From an uncultured delta proteobacterium (GTDB lineage: Bacteria; Desulfobacterota; WTBG01; CAIYCZ01; CAIRTM01), in assembly GCA_963804955.1 (NCBI GenBank), contig CAWDSQ010000025.1, forward strand, positions 1 through 64,000: DNA of 64,000 nt, read 5' to 3'. This document shows, one piece after another, positions 31,345 through 41,710 of the stretch. The notes under the pieces were generated by a model, which was not told where the DNA came from, searched no databases, and saw only the letters and a program-made list of their open reading frames with translations. The stretch's first letter is position 1; every line of letters begins with the position of its first letter. The position numbers and the translations under genes were made by a program.

Positions 31345-31740
31345 TTATGCAAACGTAATGTCGATTTTCTTGGGCTTTACCCGCTCAGCCTTCGGGAGCG
31401 TCAGCTTCAAAACGCCGTTGTTCATGGATGCCGCGATTTTATCACGGTCGATCTCCTCGCCGATGGTAAAAGCCCGGTAATAATCTTTGCAGGCAAATTC
31501 GGAATAATATTTGTCAGCATCAGCTGCGCAGGGGCCGCCTGCCTTGCCGTAAATCTGCAGGGTGTCCTTGTCAATCTGAAGGCTCAGGTCATCCTTGCCC
31601 ACGCCGGGCAGATCAGCGTACAGAATCACGGCCTCAGTGTTTTCGTAAATATCCACCGGGGGCACCACAGCTCCCTTGGCAATTTCCGACAGCTTGCCCG
31701 CATCCCTCTGGGCGATCGAAGTATCTTTTTCCTGTGCCAT
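31345..31740 (-). CDS. Hsp20/alpha-crystallin small heat shock protein
   Basis: PPVDIYE..ADLPGV..NGVLKLTLPK. Confidence 0.92.
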   Translation of the reverse strand: MAQEKDTSIAQRDAGKLSEIAKGAVVPPVDIYENTEAVILYADLPGVGKDDLSLQIDKDTLQIYGKAGGPCAADADKYYSEFACKDYYRAFTIGEEIDRDKIAASMNNGVLKLTLPKAERVKPKKIDITFA

Positions 31741-31756
31741 AGTAATTCCTCCTTTC

Positions 31757-32221
31757 TTACGACACTTTCACGGGAATCTGCCGCGGCTTCTGCTCTTCCC
31801 GCTTGGCGATCTTAATGTTCAGAACGCCGTCTTTACAGTTTGCGGTTATTGATTCCGGATTGATCCCGTCAGGCAGGCTCACAACCCGCGCAAAGGACCC
31901 GCTGAAGCGCTCCCTGCGGTGATACCGCTCCCGGGCAATTTCGGCCCCCTCGGCCTGCGCGGTGCTGCGCTCGCCTTTTATGGTCAGGGTGTTATTCTCG
32001 AAGTTCAGCTGTACCTTCTGCGGATCAACACCCGGAATCAGGGCCTGCACATTCACCCCGTCCTTTGTTTCATACATGTTGATGGCCGGGAATGTGCCTC
32101 GCGGGACGCTGCGAATATTTGACAGCGGCACACCGATGTCAAACAGCCGGTCCAGCTCCTGCCTCAGACTGTTGAAATCGCCATACCATGCATCATAAGG
32201 TTCAAACCATCCTGCGCTCAT
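31757..32221 (-). CDS. Hsp20/alpha-crystallin small heat shock protein
   Basis: FPAINMYE, RRERFSGSFARVVSLP, DGVLNIKI. Confidence 0.92.
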   Translation of the reverse strand: MSAGWFEPYDAWYGDFNSLRQELDRLFDIGVPLSNIRSVPRGTFPAINMYETKDGVNVQALIPGVDPQKVQLNFENNTLTIKGERSTAQAEGAEIARERYHRRERFSGSFARVVSLPDGINPESITANCKDGVLNIKIAKREEQKPRQIPVKVS

Positions 32222-32441
32222 AGGTTTGCCTCCTTTCAATTTAGGGTTAGCGGTTGATGGTTTTTGCCGTCTCTGGTGAAAAGGTAAAAAACGTTTTTAC
32301 AAAGTCAAGCCCCGCTGTCCAGGCCAAACAAAAAAAAGTTGCCCCTTGACTCCTGGCTTTCATTGCTTATGTTTATTGTTATTAGCAAACTTATTAATGC
32401 ACCATGCAGACACCACAGGAGGTTTTCACAGGAGATTTTAT

Positions 32442-34307
32442 ATGGCTACCCGAAAATTTGAAACTGAGGTCAACCAGCTGCTGAACCTGATCATTCACTC
32501 GCTGTATTCTCACAAAGAGATATTTATCCGCGAGCTCGTATCAAATGCATCCGATGCTCTTGACAAGCTGAAATATTTAACCCTGACGGATGAGGCCTTC
32601 AAAAGCCTGCCGTTTGATCCCCGCATCGACATATCCTTCGACCGGGATAAAAAAACCCTGTCCATAGCCGATACGGGCATCGGCATGAACGAGGCAGACC
32701 TGGTGGAGCAGCTCGGCACCATCGCCAAGTCGGGCACCCGTAATTTCGTGGCGCAGATGACCGGCGATGCAAAAAAGGATTCAAACCTGATCGGCCAGTT
32801 CGGCGTGGGCTTCTACTCCTGCTTCATGGTGGCAGACAAGGTCGATGTCACAACGCGCAGGGCGGGCGAAGATACAGCCTGGCAGTGGACAAGCGACGGC
32901 AAGGGCGAATATGAAATCTCTGAGGCGCAGCGCGACACGGCCGGCACTACCGTGACCCTGCATCTCAACGATAACGGCATCGAATATGCCAACCGCTGGC
33001 AGATTGAGTCGATCATTAAAAAATATTCAAACCATATCCCCTTCCCCATCCACCTGCACTTTGAGGATGTGCGCTATGAGGGCAAGGACAAGGACCGCAA
33101 GGAAATAAAAGAGCAGAAGGTCGAAAAAATAAACGAGGCCTCGGCCCTCTGGAAGTGCTCGAAGCAGGAGCTGAAGGACGAGGATTACAAGGAATTCTAC
33201 AAAAGCATCGGCCACGACACCGAAGACCCGCTGCTGTGGGTGCACACGAAAGCCGAAGGCACCATGGAGTATGCCACGCTTTTTTATGTGCCGAAAAAGG
33301 CGCCCCTCAACCTGTACTATTCCGACTTCAAGCCGGGCGTGAAGCTCTATGTCAAGCGCGTCTTCATAACCGATGACGACAATGACCTGCTGCCCCGCTA
33401 TCTGCGCTTTGTGCGCGGGGTCATCGACTCCGAAGACCTGCCCCTGAACGTGAGCCGGGAAATTCTGCAGCAGAACCGGGTGCTGGCAAAAATCAAATCA
33501 TCGTCCGTGAAAAAACTGCTCGACGAGTTCAAAACGCTTGCCGGCGATACGGAAAAATACACAGCATTCTATAAGGAGTTCGGCCGCCTGCTCAAGGAGG
33601 GCCTGTATCAGGACTATGAAAACCGCGAAGATCTGCTTGAGCTGGTGCGCTTCAAATCAAGCTCGGCCGAGGGGTTTGCAAGCCTTGCGAAGTACAAAGA
33701 CCGCATGCAGGCCGACCAGAAGGCCATTTACTATGTCACCGGCGAGAAGGAGGAAACGCTGCGCGAGTCGCCCCTTCTGGAAATGTACCGGAAGAAAAAC
33801 ATCGAGGTTCTCATCATGGACGACCCCGTTGACGAGCTGGTCATGCCGTCGGTGGGGCGCTACAAGGACATCGAGTTCAAGTCCATCAACCGCAGCGACG
33901 CTGCGGAGGAGCTGAAAACCGAACAGGATAAGCAGGAGGAAAAGCAGGCCGAGCCGGTCATCAAGCGCATGAAAGATGTGCTTGGCGATGAGGTAAAAGA
34001 GGTTAAGGCCAGCGCGCGGCTGAGCGATTCGCCCTGCTGCATCGTTGTTGACGAAAAAGACCCCACCGTGCAGATGCAGAGCCTGCTGAAAGCCATGGGG
34101 CAGGAGGGGCCAGAGATAAAGCCGATCCTTGAAATCAACCCCACGCATGAGATTATCAAAAAGCTTGAATCCGTGCAGGATGACCGCCTGTTTGAAGACG
34201 CCACGCGGCTGCTCTATGAGCAGGCCCTGCTGATCGAAGGCGCGCCGGTCAAAAAGCCCGTCGATTTCGTGCGCCGCCTCAACAGCATGCTGGGCAGGGC
34301 GCTGTAG
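32442..34307 (+). CDS. htpG: Chaperone HtpG (Hsp90)
   Basis: HSLYSHKEIFIRELVSNASDA, DTGIGM, IGQFGVGFYS, DSEDLPLNVSREILQ. Confidence 0.97.
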   Translation: MATRKFETEVNQLLNLIIHSLYSHKEIFIRELVSNASDALDKLKYLTLTDEAFKSLPFDPRIDISFDRDKKTLSIADTGIGMNEADLVEQLGTIAKSGTRNFVAQMTGDAKKDSNLIGQFGVGFYSCFMVADKVDVTTRRAGEDTAWQWTSDGKGEYEISEAQRDTAGTTVTLHLNDNGIEYANRWQIESIIKKYSNHIPFPIHLHFEDVRYEGKDKDRKEIKEQKVEKINEASALWKCSKQELKDEDYKEFYKSIGHDTEDPLLWVHTKAEGTMEYATLFYVPKKAPLNLYYSDFKPGVKLYVKRVFITDDDNDLLPRYLRFVRGVIDSEDLPLNVSREILQQNRVLAKIKSSSVKKLLDEFKTLAGDTEKYTAFYKEFGRLLKEGLYQDYENREDLLELVRFKSSSAEGFASLAKYKDRMQADQKAIYYVTGEKEETLRESPLLEMYRKKNIEVLIMDDPVDELVMPSVGRYKDIEFKSINRSDAAEELKTEQDKQEEKQAEPVIKRMKDVLGDEVKEVKASARLSDSPCCIVVDEKDPTVQMQSLLKAMGQEGPEIKPILEINPTHEIIKKLESVQDDRLFEDATRLLYEQALLIEGAPVKKPVDFVRRLNSMLGRAL

Positions 34308-34352
34308 GAGAATATGCCTCCGGGTAAAACCCGCAGGTCATACCAGAACGGA

Positions 34353-34475
34353 GCAGGAGTCAGAATCCAGAAGCCAGAAGGGAAGGCATACAGGTTCCCG
34401 GGCAATCAGATTCTAAAATATTATTGCTGTTTTGTTTTTCATGCTGAATTCTGACGTCTGGATTCAGGCTTCTTT
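34353..34475. repeat. Dispersed palindromic element with heptamer-like arms (copies at 55735-55860; partial at 100-180 and 63960-64000)
   Basis: gagtcagaatccagaagccagaag ... tgaattctgacgtctggattcaggcttct with a shared AT core cagatt.taaaata..ttgttttg. Confidence 0.7.
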
Positions 34476-34495
34476 TCTTCATTATATTACATAAG

Positions 34496-34537
34496 CAAAA
34501 AGGCGGGCAACGCTATAGCGATGTCCGCCTTTTTGCA
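34496..34537. terminator. Bidirectional terminator between htpG and selA
   Basis: gcaaaaaggcgg...ccgcctttttgc. Confidence 0.75.
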
Positions 34538-34541
34538 TTCC

Positions 34542-35933
34542 TCATCTTATACTCTGCCACTCCTGTAAGGCCTCCAGTATGCGCGGATCTTCATCAGGCG
34601 CAATCGTGAGAAAATCAAGCATAAAGCGGTCCTCCGCCACAAAGCCGATTATGGGCAGGTCTCTCTGCTCAAACCAGGCTGCCACGGCATTGGGTTCCTT
34701 CACATCGAAAGCCAGCCCCAGGCTTGGCATGCTGTGGCCTGGCAGCGCACCCCCGCCCATCTGGCCGCTTGTCTCAATGATGCGGCATACTCCGGCCGGC
34801 AGGGCTGCTTTTTTAAGAAGGGATTCGATGCGCTTCTTTAACATGGCGCGGCTCTGCGTAGCGAGCTTCACATAGGGAATCATGTCGAACTGCTTCAGCT
34901 CATAGAGCTTCAGCACCTCCTGCAGCAGGGCGTAATGAAATTTATCGGGCCGCAGGGCACGCATAAGCGGATGCCGCTCAAGCCGCTGTATCAAGGCGCG
35001 CGGGCCGGCAACGATGCCTGACTGGCAGGCGCCGAGCAGCTTGTCGCCTGAAAAGCATATCAGGTCGGCTCCGCTGCGCAGAGACTGCGCGGCATGCGGT
35101 TCCGCATCCAGAATCCGGGGGCCCTCTTCCATCAGGTTTCCGCTCCCGAGATCATGCACCAGCAGCACGGATTCATTTTTCAAAGCAGCAAGTTCGGCAA
35201 GAGCGGGCTGCTGCACAAAGCCTGTCTGGTAGAAATTGGACTGGTGAATCTTCAGGATCATGGCCGTTTTGTCACGTATGGCCGCGCGATAATCATCAAG
35301 GGTGGTAATATTGGTGGTGCCGACCTCAACCAGGCGCGCCCCGCTCTGCTTTAAAATATCGGGTATCCTGAAGCCGCCGCCGATCTGCACAAGCTCGCCC
35401 CGCGATACAATCACCTCGCGCCCTTTGGCGAAGGCAAACAGAATAAGCAGTATGGCAGCGGCATTGTTATTGACTACAAGGGCGTCTTCAGCCTGCACGA
35501 GCCGCGCCAGTGCTTCCCGCACATAGCGGCCGCGGCCGCCGCGGCTTGCCGTGTTTAAATCATACTCAAGGTTGGTGTAGCCCGTTACCGTCCTCAGCAC
35601 CTGCTCAAGCAGGGCCGCATCCCACGGCGCCCGCCCGAAATTTGTATGCAAGAGTATGCCGGTTGCATTGATCACGCGCTGGAGCATGGACTTGCGCGCC
35701 TGCGCCATGCTTCGTGACAGCTGCCTGTCGACAAGGGCTGCTATATCATGGGGCTTGCCGTCTATGATCGTCTGCCGGATATCTGCCACAACGCGCTGCG
35801 CAACCTGCTTGGCCAGAGCGCTGCCATGGGCCCGGGCAAACTGCTGAAGTTCTGCCTTCTCAAGCAGCTTGTTGATGCTTGGCAGAAGGCGCAAACTTTC
35901 ATTGGGGATTTTGTTCTTTTTGGGTGAAGGCAT
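34542..35933 (-). CDS. selA: L-seryl-tRNA(Sec) selenium transferase
   Basis: VINATGILLHTNFGRAP, VVNNNAAA, SRGELVQIGGGFRIP, EVGTTN, FSGDKLLG. Confidence 0.96.
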   Translation of the reverse strand: MPSPKKNKIPNESLRLLPSINKLLEKAELQQFARAHGSALAKQVAQRVVADIRQTIIDGKPHDIAALVDRQLSRSMAQARKSMLQRVINATGILLHTNFGRAPWDAALLEQVLRTVTGYTNLEYDLNTASRGGRGRYVREALARLVQAEDALVVNNNAAAILLILFAFAKGREVIVSRGELVQIGGGFRIPDILKQSGARLVEVGTTNITTLDDYRAAIRDKTAMILKIHQSNFYQTGFVQQPALAELAALKNESVLLVHDLGSGNLMEEGPRILDAEPHAAQSLRSGADLICFSGDKLLGACQSGIVAGPRALIQRLERHPLMRALRPDKFHYALLQEVLKLYELKQFDMIPYVKLATQSRAMLKKRIESLLKKAALPAGVCRIIETSGQMGGGALPGHSMPSLGLAFDVKEPNAVAAWFEQRDLPIIGFVAEDRFMLDFLTIAPDEDPRILEALQEWQSIR

Positions 35934-36269
35934 ACTAAGCTCAGTCCGGGCTTTTTAAGTTTATCTTTATTAACGAAGTACAGCGTGCCATACGAAGGCT
36001 GACAAAAAATCCACCCTAACCCTCCTTTGCAAAAGGAGGGAATCAGTTAGCCCCTTATACAAAAAGGGGACTTTTTCTTCACCTTTTGTAAAGGGGGATT
36101 TGCGAACAGTTTGGTTGGGTTGAGGTACGAAACCCACCGGTTTCTCCCGGGCTTAACCCAACCAAAAAACCTGGAGGTTATCTTTCGTAGGGTGCGCCGC
36201 GCGCACCATTTTATTCCGGTGCGCACAGCACACCCTGCTGCAATCCATGCCGGCTCGTATTAAAAAAAA

Positions 36270-36365
36270 TGGCGGAAACGTATGGGAATCGAACCCACCC
36301 AGGACGCTCGCACGCCCCGCAACGGTTTTGAAGACCGCGGAGCCCACCAGGACTCATCCGCTTCC
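36270..36365 (-). tRNA. selC: tRNA-Sec (UCA)
   Basis: GGAAGCGG..CT-TCA-AA anticodon loop, long variable arm, GTTCGATTC, 3' GCCA; adjacent to selA. Confidence 0.96.
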
Positions 36366-36523
36366 AGCATAGTATTTTTCGGCTATCTTTTTAACATGTC
36401 TATAAATATATTGCCAGCGTCAAAAAAATCAAGCATGGCTGCTGAACCGGCACTTCGCAACAAACAAAGGCCAGCCCTTTACAGGACCGGCCTTTGTTTG
36501 TTTTAAATAATCTGCCACACCTA

Positions 36524-38501
36524 CTACGGCGTGCAAACCGATTCACATACCGGCTGTCCATCGCCCCCGCAGCCGGGGTCTGCGTCGCACACATCCCCTG
36601 TGCCGTCGCTGTCTGCATCCATCTGAAACCTGTTGCACAGGGCCGGGCAGTTGTCAGCACTGTCGGGAAAGTTGTCTCCGTCCGCATCTGTCTGCCCCTC
36701 GCACAATCCCTGGCCGCATCCTCCCCCGCACCCAGGCGTCGGGTCGCACACATCTCCTATGCCATCAGTATCGGCATCAAGCTGCTGCGGGTTGGCATTG
36801 TTCGGGCAATTGTCAAAGTAATTTAAAATACCGTCACCATCCGTATCGCATGACTGCTCACAGGCCGGCTGTCCCTCTGCCCCGCACCCCGGGTCTGCGT
36901 CGCACACATCGCCTGTGCCGTCACTGTCGGCGTCAAGCTGCTCAAGATTGCAGACGGCAGGGCAATTATCAACTGCATCCCGCACATAGTCGCCATCCGT
37001 ATCAACCTGCCCCTCACATACCTGCTGGCCGCAGCCCGTGCCGCAGCCGGGTGTTGTGTCGCACACATCGCCGACGCCGTCAGTATCGGCGTCAAGCTGC
37101 TGGGGGTTGGCAATGGCTCGGACAGTTGTCAGAGGCATCTGCAACGCCGTCGCCGTCTGTATCGACAATGCTCGTCGTGGTGGAGGTCGTTGTGTCGTCA
37201 GGCGTAGATGTTGTTGTGGTGCTTGTTGTCACTATAGCCTTACAGATGACCATAGGACGGGCATTCGGCCAGCGTGGATCGGTCTCAAATTTAGAATATT
37301 TATAAATATCCGACGAATCGACAATAAACCAATTCGCGTCGCTCGCAGCACATCCCTCCATTCGTATTATCCAGTTCCTATACCAGTAATTAATTTCCAT
37401 ATTGAGGGTCAACTTTGCGTTCCACGGGGCTGGGGGTGCTACCCATGATGTCTTGCTTGACCATGCCGTTGAAAAAACATAACAGCCCCAGTCATAGCTG
37501 TTACAGGCAGCATCAAAGGGATGATTTGCAGATACGAGCTTCCATATGTCATGTTCATCAAGAGGCTGCCAGGTGTCGATTCCGCCCCAGCTTAAATTAG
37601 TGCAGTAATTTCTGGTCTCGGTGCGGACAGGATGGAAAGCCGGGGTAACGGCGTTAAAACCAATATCGGCATAGGTCTTTAAAAATGTGCTCGTCCCGTC
37701 ATTATTCATCATGGCTATTTGATTGCCATCAGCGGCGGCGTCATTGTAATCGCAGTCACCATCCAGGTTGCTGCAGCCGGCCTGAATATAATCAAACTTC
37801 CCATCTCCATCAGTATCAACATCTACAAACACCGTGGTGGTTGTGGATGCGACGGTGGTGGTTGTCGTGCTCGGCCCAATGCTTGTCGTAGTTGTTGTCG
37901 AATTCGGGTCAAATACCACAGCAGGATAGCCGTACCATGGGTTGGTAAACCCGGTTGCCCCGGAAAGATAGTACACTGTAAAACCGCTTGCGCAGTTACG
38001 GAAAACGTCACTCCCCATTGTTGGTGCATTGCCGTAAAAATAAGCATCCGTCAAACCGCTGCAGCCAGAAAAGGCCTCTCTTTCAATGCTTGTAACACTG
38101 GCCGGAATTGAAATGCTGCCTAAGCCCGTGCAATCACAAAACGCACCATATCCAATACTCGTAATGCTTGACGGAATTGTAACAGAGGTGAGCCCCGTGC
38201 AACCTCCGAATGCAAATATCCCTATGCTCGTAATAGAGCTTGGTATATCAATGCCGGTCATTTTTGTATAGCCCATAAAAGCAGTAGGGCCGATACTGAC
38301 CACCGGCATGTAATCTATTTGTGATGGTACGTACACATATATGCTGGAACCGATATATCCGGTTATAGTGGCCACATACATACCCGATGGAGCCTGTGAA
38401 ACCGTATAACTAAAATCACCCGACCACTGAGCAAAGGCAGATGAATAAAGAAACAGACAACCAATCAATGACAGCAACAACATGGATTTTCTGAAATGCA
38501 T
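36524..38501 (-). CDS. Secreted BspA-type leucine-rich-repeat protein with Thr linkers and thrombospondin type-3-like repeats (frameshift near 37119)
   Basis: Signal peptide; IPSSITSIG..AF..CTGL repeats; DTDGDG..DNCP..N..QLDAD.DG.GDVCD repeats. Confidence 0.88.
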
Positions 38502-39295
38502 ATACCCCTCCTTTAAATTGTGGTTGGTTAATCTTTTCATGCGATCCCTCATTCCTGAATCAAGCATACGACAGACTTCTCCCCCTGCAAAGGGGCGAAG
38601 AGGTAAGAGCAAACAGCCTTGTATGCTGGGCGCAACCCACCATATTCATGTATGCCCTACGGCGTACAAACCTCCTCGCATGCAGGCTGTCCATCGCCCC
38701 CGCAGCCGGGGTCTGCGTCGCACACATCCCCTGTGCCGTCGCTGTCTGCATCCATCTGAAACCTGTTGCACATGGCCGGGCAGTTGTCAGAACTGTCGGG
38801 AAAGTTGTCTCCGTCCCCATCTGTCTGCCCCTCGCACAATCCCTGGCCGCATCCTCCTCCGCAGCCGGGTGTCGGGTCGCACACATCTCCTATGCCATCA
38901 GTATCGGCATCAAGTTGCCGGGAGTTGGCATTGTTTGGGCAATTATCAAAGTAATCCAAAATACCGTCACCATCCGTATCGCATGACTGCTCACAGGCCG
39001 GCTGTCCCTCTGCCCCGCACCCCGGGTCTGCGTCGCACACATCGCCTGTGCCGTCAGTGTCAGCGTCAAGCTGCTCAAGATTGCAGACGGCAGGGCAATT
39101 ATCAACTGCATCCCGCACATAGTCGCCATCCGTATCCACCTGCCCCTCACATACCTGCTGGCCGCAGCCCGAGCCGCAGCCGGGTGTTGTGTCGCACACA
39201 TCGCCTACGCCGTCAGTGTCGGCGTCAAGTTGCAGGGGGTTGGCAATGGCCGGGCAGTTGTCAATGGCATCAGCAATGCCGTCGCCGTCTGTATC
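36524..39295. repeat. Near-identical direct repeat of about 640 bp (36524-37163 and 38657-39295) encoding the TSP3-like C-terminus
   Basis: Direct visual alignment; the first copy has one extra base, explaining the frameshift. Confidence 0.92.
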
Positions 39296-40564
39296 TGCTG
39301 CAAAGTCTGCCGTTATTGAGACAGCGCCGCTTACGGTTATCGTGCAGTCAGCCGTACCAGAGCAACTCCCGCCGCTCCAGCCGGTAAAGGTTGAACCACT
39401 ATTCGCGGCAGCGTGCAGCGTCACCTGTGTGCCGATAGCATAACTCTCCGTGCAATCGCTCCCGCAGTTAATCATGCCGTCGGCGCTGGTCACTGTTCCT
39501 GCTTTGGTCCCGGATTTGGAAATGGTTAAATCACCAAATGGCCCGCGTACAGCGCGGGTAAGGCTTGTGTTGCTCACACCCCCAGCGCCTGTCCCACCGT
39601 CAGAAAACGATACGTTACGAGCGGAAGTAGCACTGTATGCAATAGACGTCCAGTAGTAATGTGCCACCGTATTAGGGAAATAGGTAATATTTATGGACGG
39701 GAGGAACCGGCCATAATTAACGATTGATAGCAGCTCTTTATCGGTTGGCAAGCGCCAGTCTGAGAACCCTCCGTAATTGGAGATATTAAGATCAGTGATG
39801 AAATCTAAAGTATCCGTACCACTGGCCGGTGTGCCGGTTATGCCGTCATACCAGGTATACGTATTGTCTGCATCGTTGGGATCAGTGTAATTTTTCACAT
39901 TGTCCATAGAATGCTTTTCTTCCCAGACAAGGCCTGTAACCTCGTCACTGACCATAGCCCACATTGTTGCATCGACAGGTAGTGGATTGCCGCCTACAGC
40001 AAGCTTGGCAAAGGATGGCTGGTTGATAGTATAGTCGTGGTCTTCACCAAACGTGTTTGTATAGCTCTGGGTTTGACCGGTATCAGGCATAGGCCAGCGT
40101 GTCAAATAAGAAAATGACCCAGCTTGTCCCCAACGAACCGCGCGAACACGACAGCCCAGCTCTTTATACTCTCTGGTCACACCTCCTGTGGAAAAACCCA
40201 TAGCAAACGATGCGTCATTTTCGATGAGAACAGTTGTAGACGACCAGTACATGTAGTTCAGCGTATCGGGAAAAAACGTGGTGTTTATTGCAGGATTGTT
40301 CCGGGTGATGTCGACAAGCGAGCCTAACTCTTTTGGCGTGGGCAGGCGCCAGTCAGTGTAGCCGGCAAGCTCAAGACTTTCGCAATAGGCAAGGGCCTGC
40401 TCCCAAGTATAAGTACCCGGCGCCGTTACCTGCTGCCACATGAGGCCCGTATCGGTGTCGGTTACAGTTCCGTCGCCATTGTCTATGTAGGCCGCAAAGG
40501 CCGATGAGCATAGAAATAGACAGCCAACTACTGACAGCAACAAAATGGATTTTCTGAAATGCAT
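38657..40564 (-). CDS. Secreted protein: two DUF1566 domains, InlB B-repeat-like domain, TSP3-like repeats
   Basis: [49 protein letters not shown]3-like repeats. Confidence 0.92.
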   Translation of the reverse strand: MHFRKSILLLSVVGCLFLCSSAFAAYIDNGDGTVTDTDTGLMWQQVTAPGTYTWEQALAYCESLELAGYTDWRLPTPKELGSLVDITRNNPAINTTFFPDTLNYMYWSSTTVLIENDASFAMGFSTGGVTREYKELGCRVRAVRWGQAGSFSYLTRWPMPDTGQTQSYTNTFGEDHDYTINQPSFAKLAVGGNPLPVDATMWAMVSDEVTGLVWEEKHSMDNVKNYTDPNDADNTYTWYDGITGTPASGTDTLDFITDLNISNYGGFSDWRLPTDKELLSIVNYGRFLPSINITYFPNTVAHYYWTSIAYSATSARNVSFSDGGTGAGGVSNTSLTRAVRGPFGDLTISKSGTKAGTVTSADGMINCGSDCTESYAIGTQVTLHAAANSGSTFTGWSGGSCSGTADCTITVSGAVSITADFAADTDGDGIADAIDNCPAIANPLQLDADTDGVGDVCDTTPGCGSGCGQQVCEGQVDTDGDYVRDAVDNCPAVCNLEQLDADTDGTGDVCDADPGCGAEGQPACEQSCDTDGDGILDYFDNCPNNANSRQLDADTDGIGDVCDPTPGCGGGCGQGLCEGQTDGDGDNFPDSSDNCPAMCNRFQMDADSDGTGDVCDADPGCGGDGQPACEEVCTP

Positions 40565-40730
40565 ATGCCCCTCCTTTTAATTGTGATTGGTTACTAAAAA
40601 AATTTTAAAAATTTCTTCATGATCTGCTCAACAAATCCCCCTAACCCCCTTTGCTAAAGGAGGAATCTTTTTCCTACCTTCTTCATATGATGCTGTATCT
40701 GGTCAGATTACCGCATATGTGCCGGCCTAC

Positions 40731-40764
40731 AAAAAAGGCCTGTCCTTGAATTAAGGACAGGCCT
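40731..40764 (-). terminator. Leader terminator (riboswitch expression platform)
   Basis: Minus strand AGGCCTGTCCTT-aattc-AAGGACAGGCCT-TTTTT between the aptamer and the start codon. Confidence 0.85.
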
Positions 40765-40783
40765 GCCATGAGCCAATAAAATC

Positions 40784-40869
40784 CAAACCGGCAGTTCCTC
40801 TGTCCAAACTTTACAGGACCGGTGACTTTGCGCTCTACCCGTGAGGCGTAGATTGCTCTTTTCGGTTCG
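40784..40869 (-). ncRNA. GEMM-I (c-di-GMP-I family) riboswitch aptamer, A20 variant
   Basis: Minus strand CGAACCG AAAA GAGCAA TCTAC..GTAGA GCGCAAAG TCACCGGTCC..GGACAG..CTGC CGGTTTG; P1, P2 and P3 all pair. Confidence 0.8.
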
Positions 40870-41099
40870 CTATGAAATTGACTATCGCCTGCTTTTTTAT
40901 TTATTGCAATAAAATAAATAGGGTTGTAAACAAATATATATTTGTGTCATTAATATTTTATTTTTTTAACTTCTGTATCTCAAACACGATCCCAGGGATG
41001 CCTGTAACTAGAAGAATGCTCATGGGTTTCAAGACAAATGCCTGATAAGGATCGGCCGAGGGGAAAAGTTCCCATATCCAGGCCATACCAGCGCATACG

Positions 41100-41137
41100 G
41101 CAAAGGCCCGTAACCAATGACGATTACGGGCCTTTGC
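41100..41137 (-). terminator. Hairpin downstream of tRNA-Leu
   Basis: gcaaaggcccgtaa..ttacgggcctttgc. Confidence 0.6.
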
Positions 41138-41144
41138 ATAAACA

Positions 41145-41229
41145 TGGTGCCGAAGGAGGGACTCGAACCCTCACGGATCTCTCCGCCACCCCCTCAAGAT
41201 GGTGTGTCTACCAATTCCACCACTTCGGC
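41145..41229 (-). tRNA. tRNA-Leu (GAG)
   Basis: GCCGAAG..TT-GAG-GG anticodon loop, variable arm, GTTCGAGTC, CCA; usual position after secG. Confidence 0.95.
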
Positions 41230-41261
41230 ACGGGGGTTATTTTATACAATGAGCAGTACAG

Positions 41262-41600
41262 CTACTCGGCAGGGGGCTTTTCCAGGGGCTGCGTGCCGCC
41301 GGGCGCCTGAGCAGGAGCGCTTTGAGCCGGCTGTTCAGTCTTTTGAACATTCTTCACCAGAGAGCCTGCCGAGGGGTTGGCCGATATATAGGCCAGCGAA
41401 AGCGATGTAACCATAAAGATGACTGCTGCGGCCGTGGTGATTTTGCCCAGAAGAGGGGCAGGCCCGGCGCCGCCAAACAGCGTCTGTGTTGCGCCGCCGA
41501 ATGCTGCGCCCATATCCGCTCCCTTGCCTGTCTGCAGAAGCACGATCAGGATCAGCGAGATCGATGCGACAACATGCACAAGAATCAATAATGCATACAT
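41262..41600 (-). CDS. secG: Preprotein translocase subunit SecG
   Basis: IVLLQTGKGADMGAAFGG..LFG, two TM helices. Confidence 0.95.
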   Translation of the reverse strand: MYALLILVHVVASISLILIVLLQTGKGADMGAAFGGATQTLFGGAGPAPLLGKITTAAAVIFMVTSLSLAYISANPSAGSLVKNVQKTEQPAQSAPAQAPGGTQPLEKPPAE

Positions 41601-41710
41601 ACCGTGGTATCCTTACTGGCTATAAAAAACAACTATCGAAATTCGATAAGTTATAAATGTTACCGCACTTTAAAAAAAATGGCAATGCTTATTTTTATGC
41701 AATCAGTTCG

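Noticed and set aside
32382..32410. CIRCE/HrcA operator before htpG
   Set aside because: TTAGCAAAC is only a partial left arm, and there is no GAGTGCTAA at the 9-bp spacing
36366..41144. Integrative island between tRNA-Leu and tRNA-Sec
   Set aside because: No integrase and no duplicated tRNA 3' end seen
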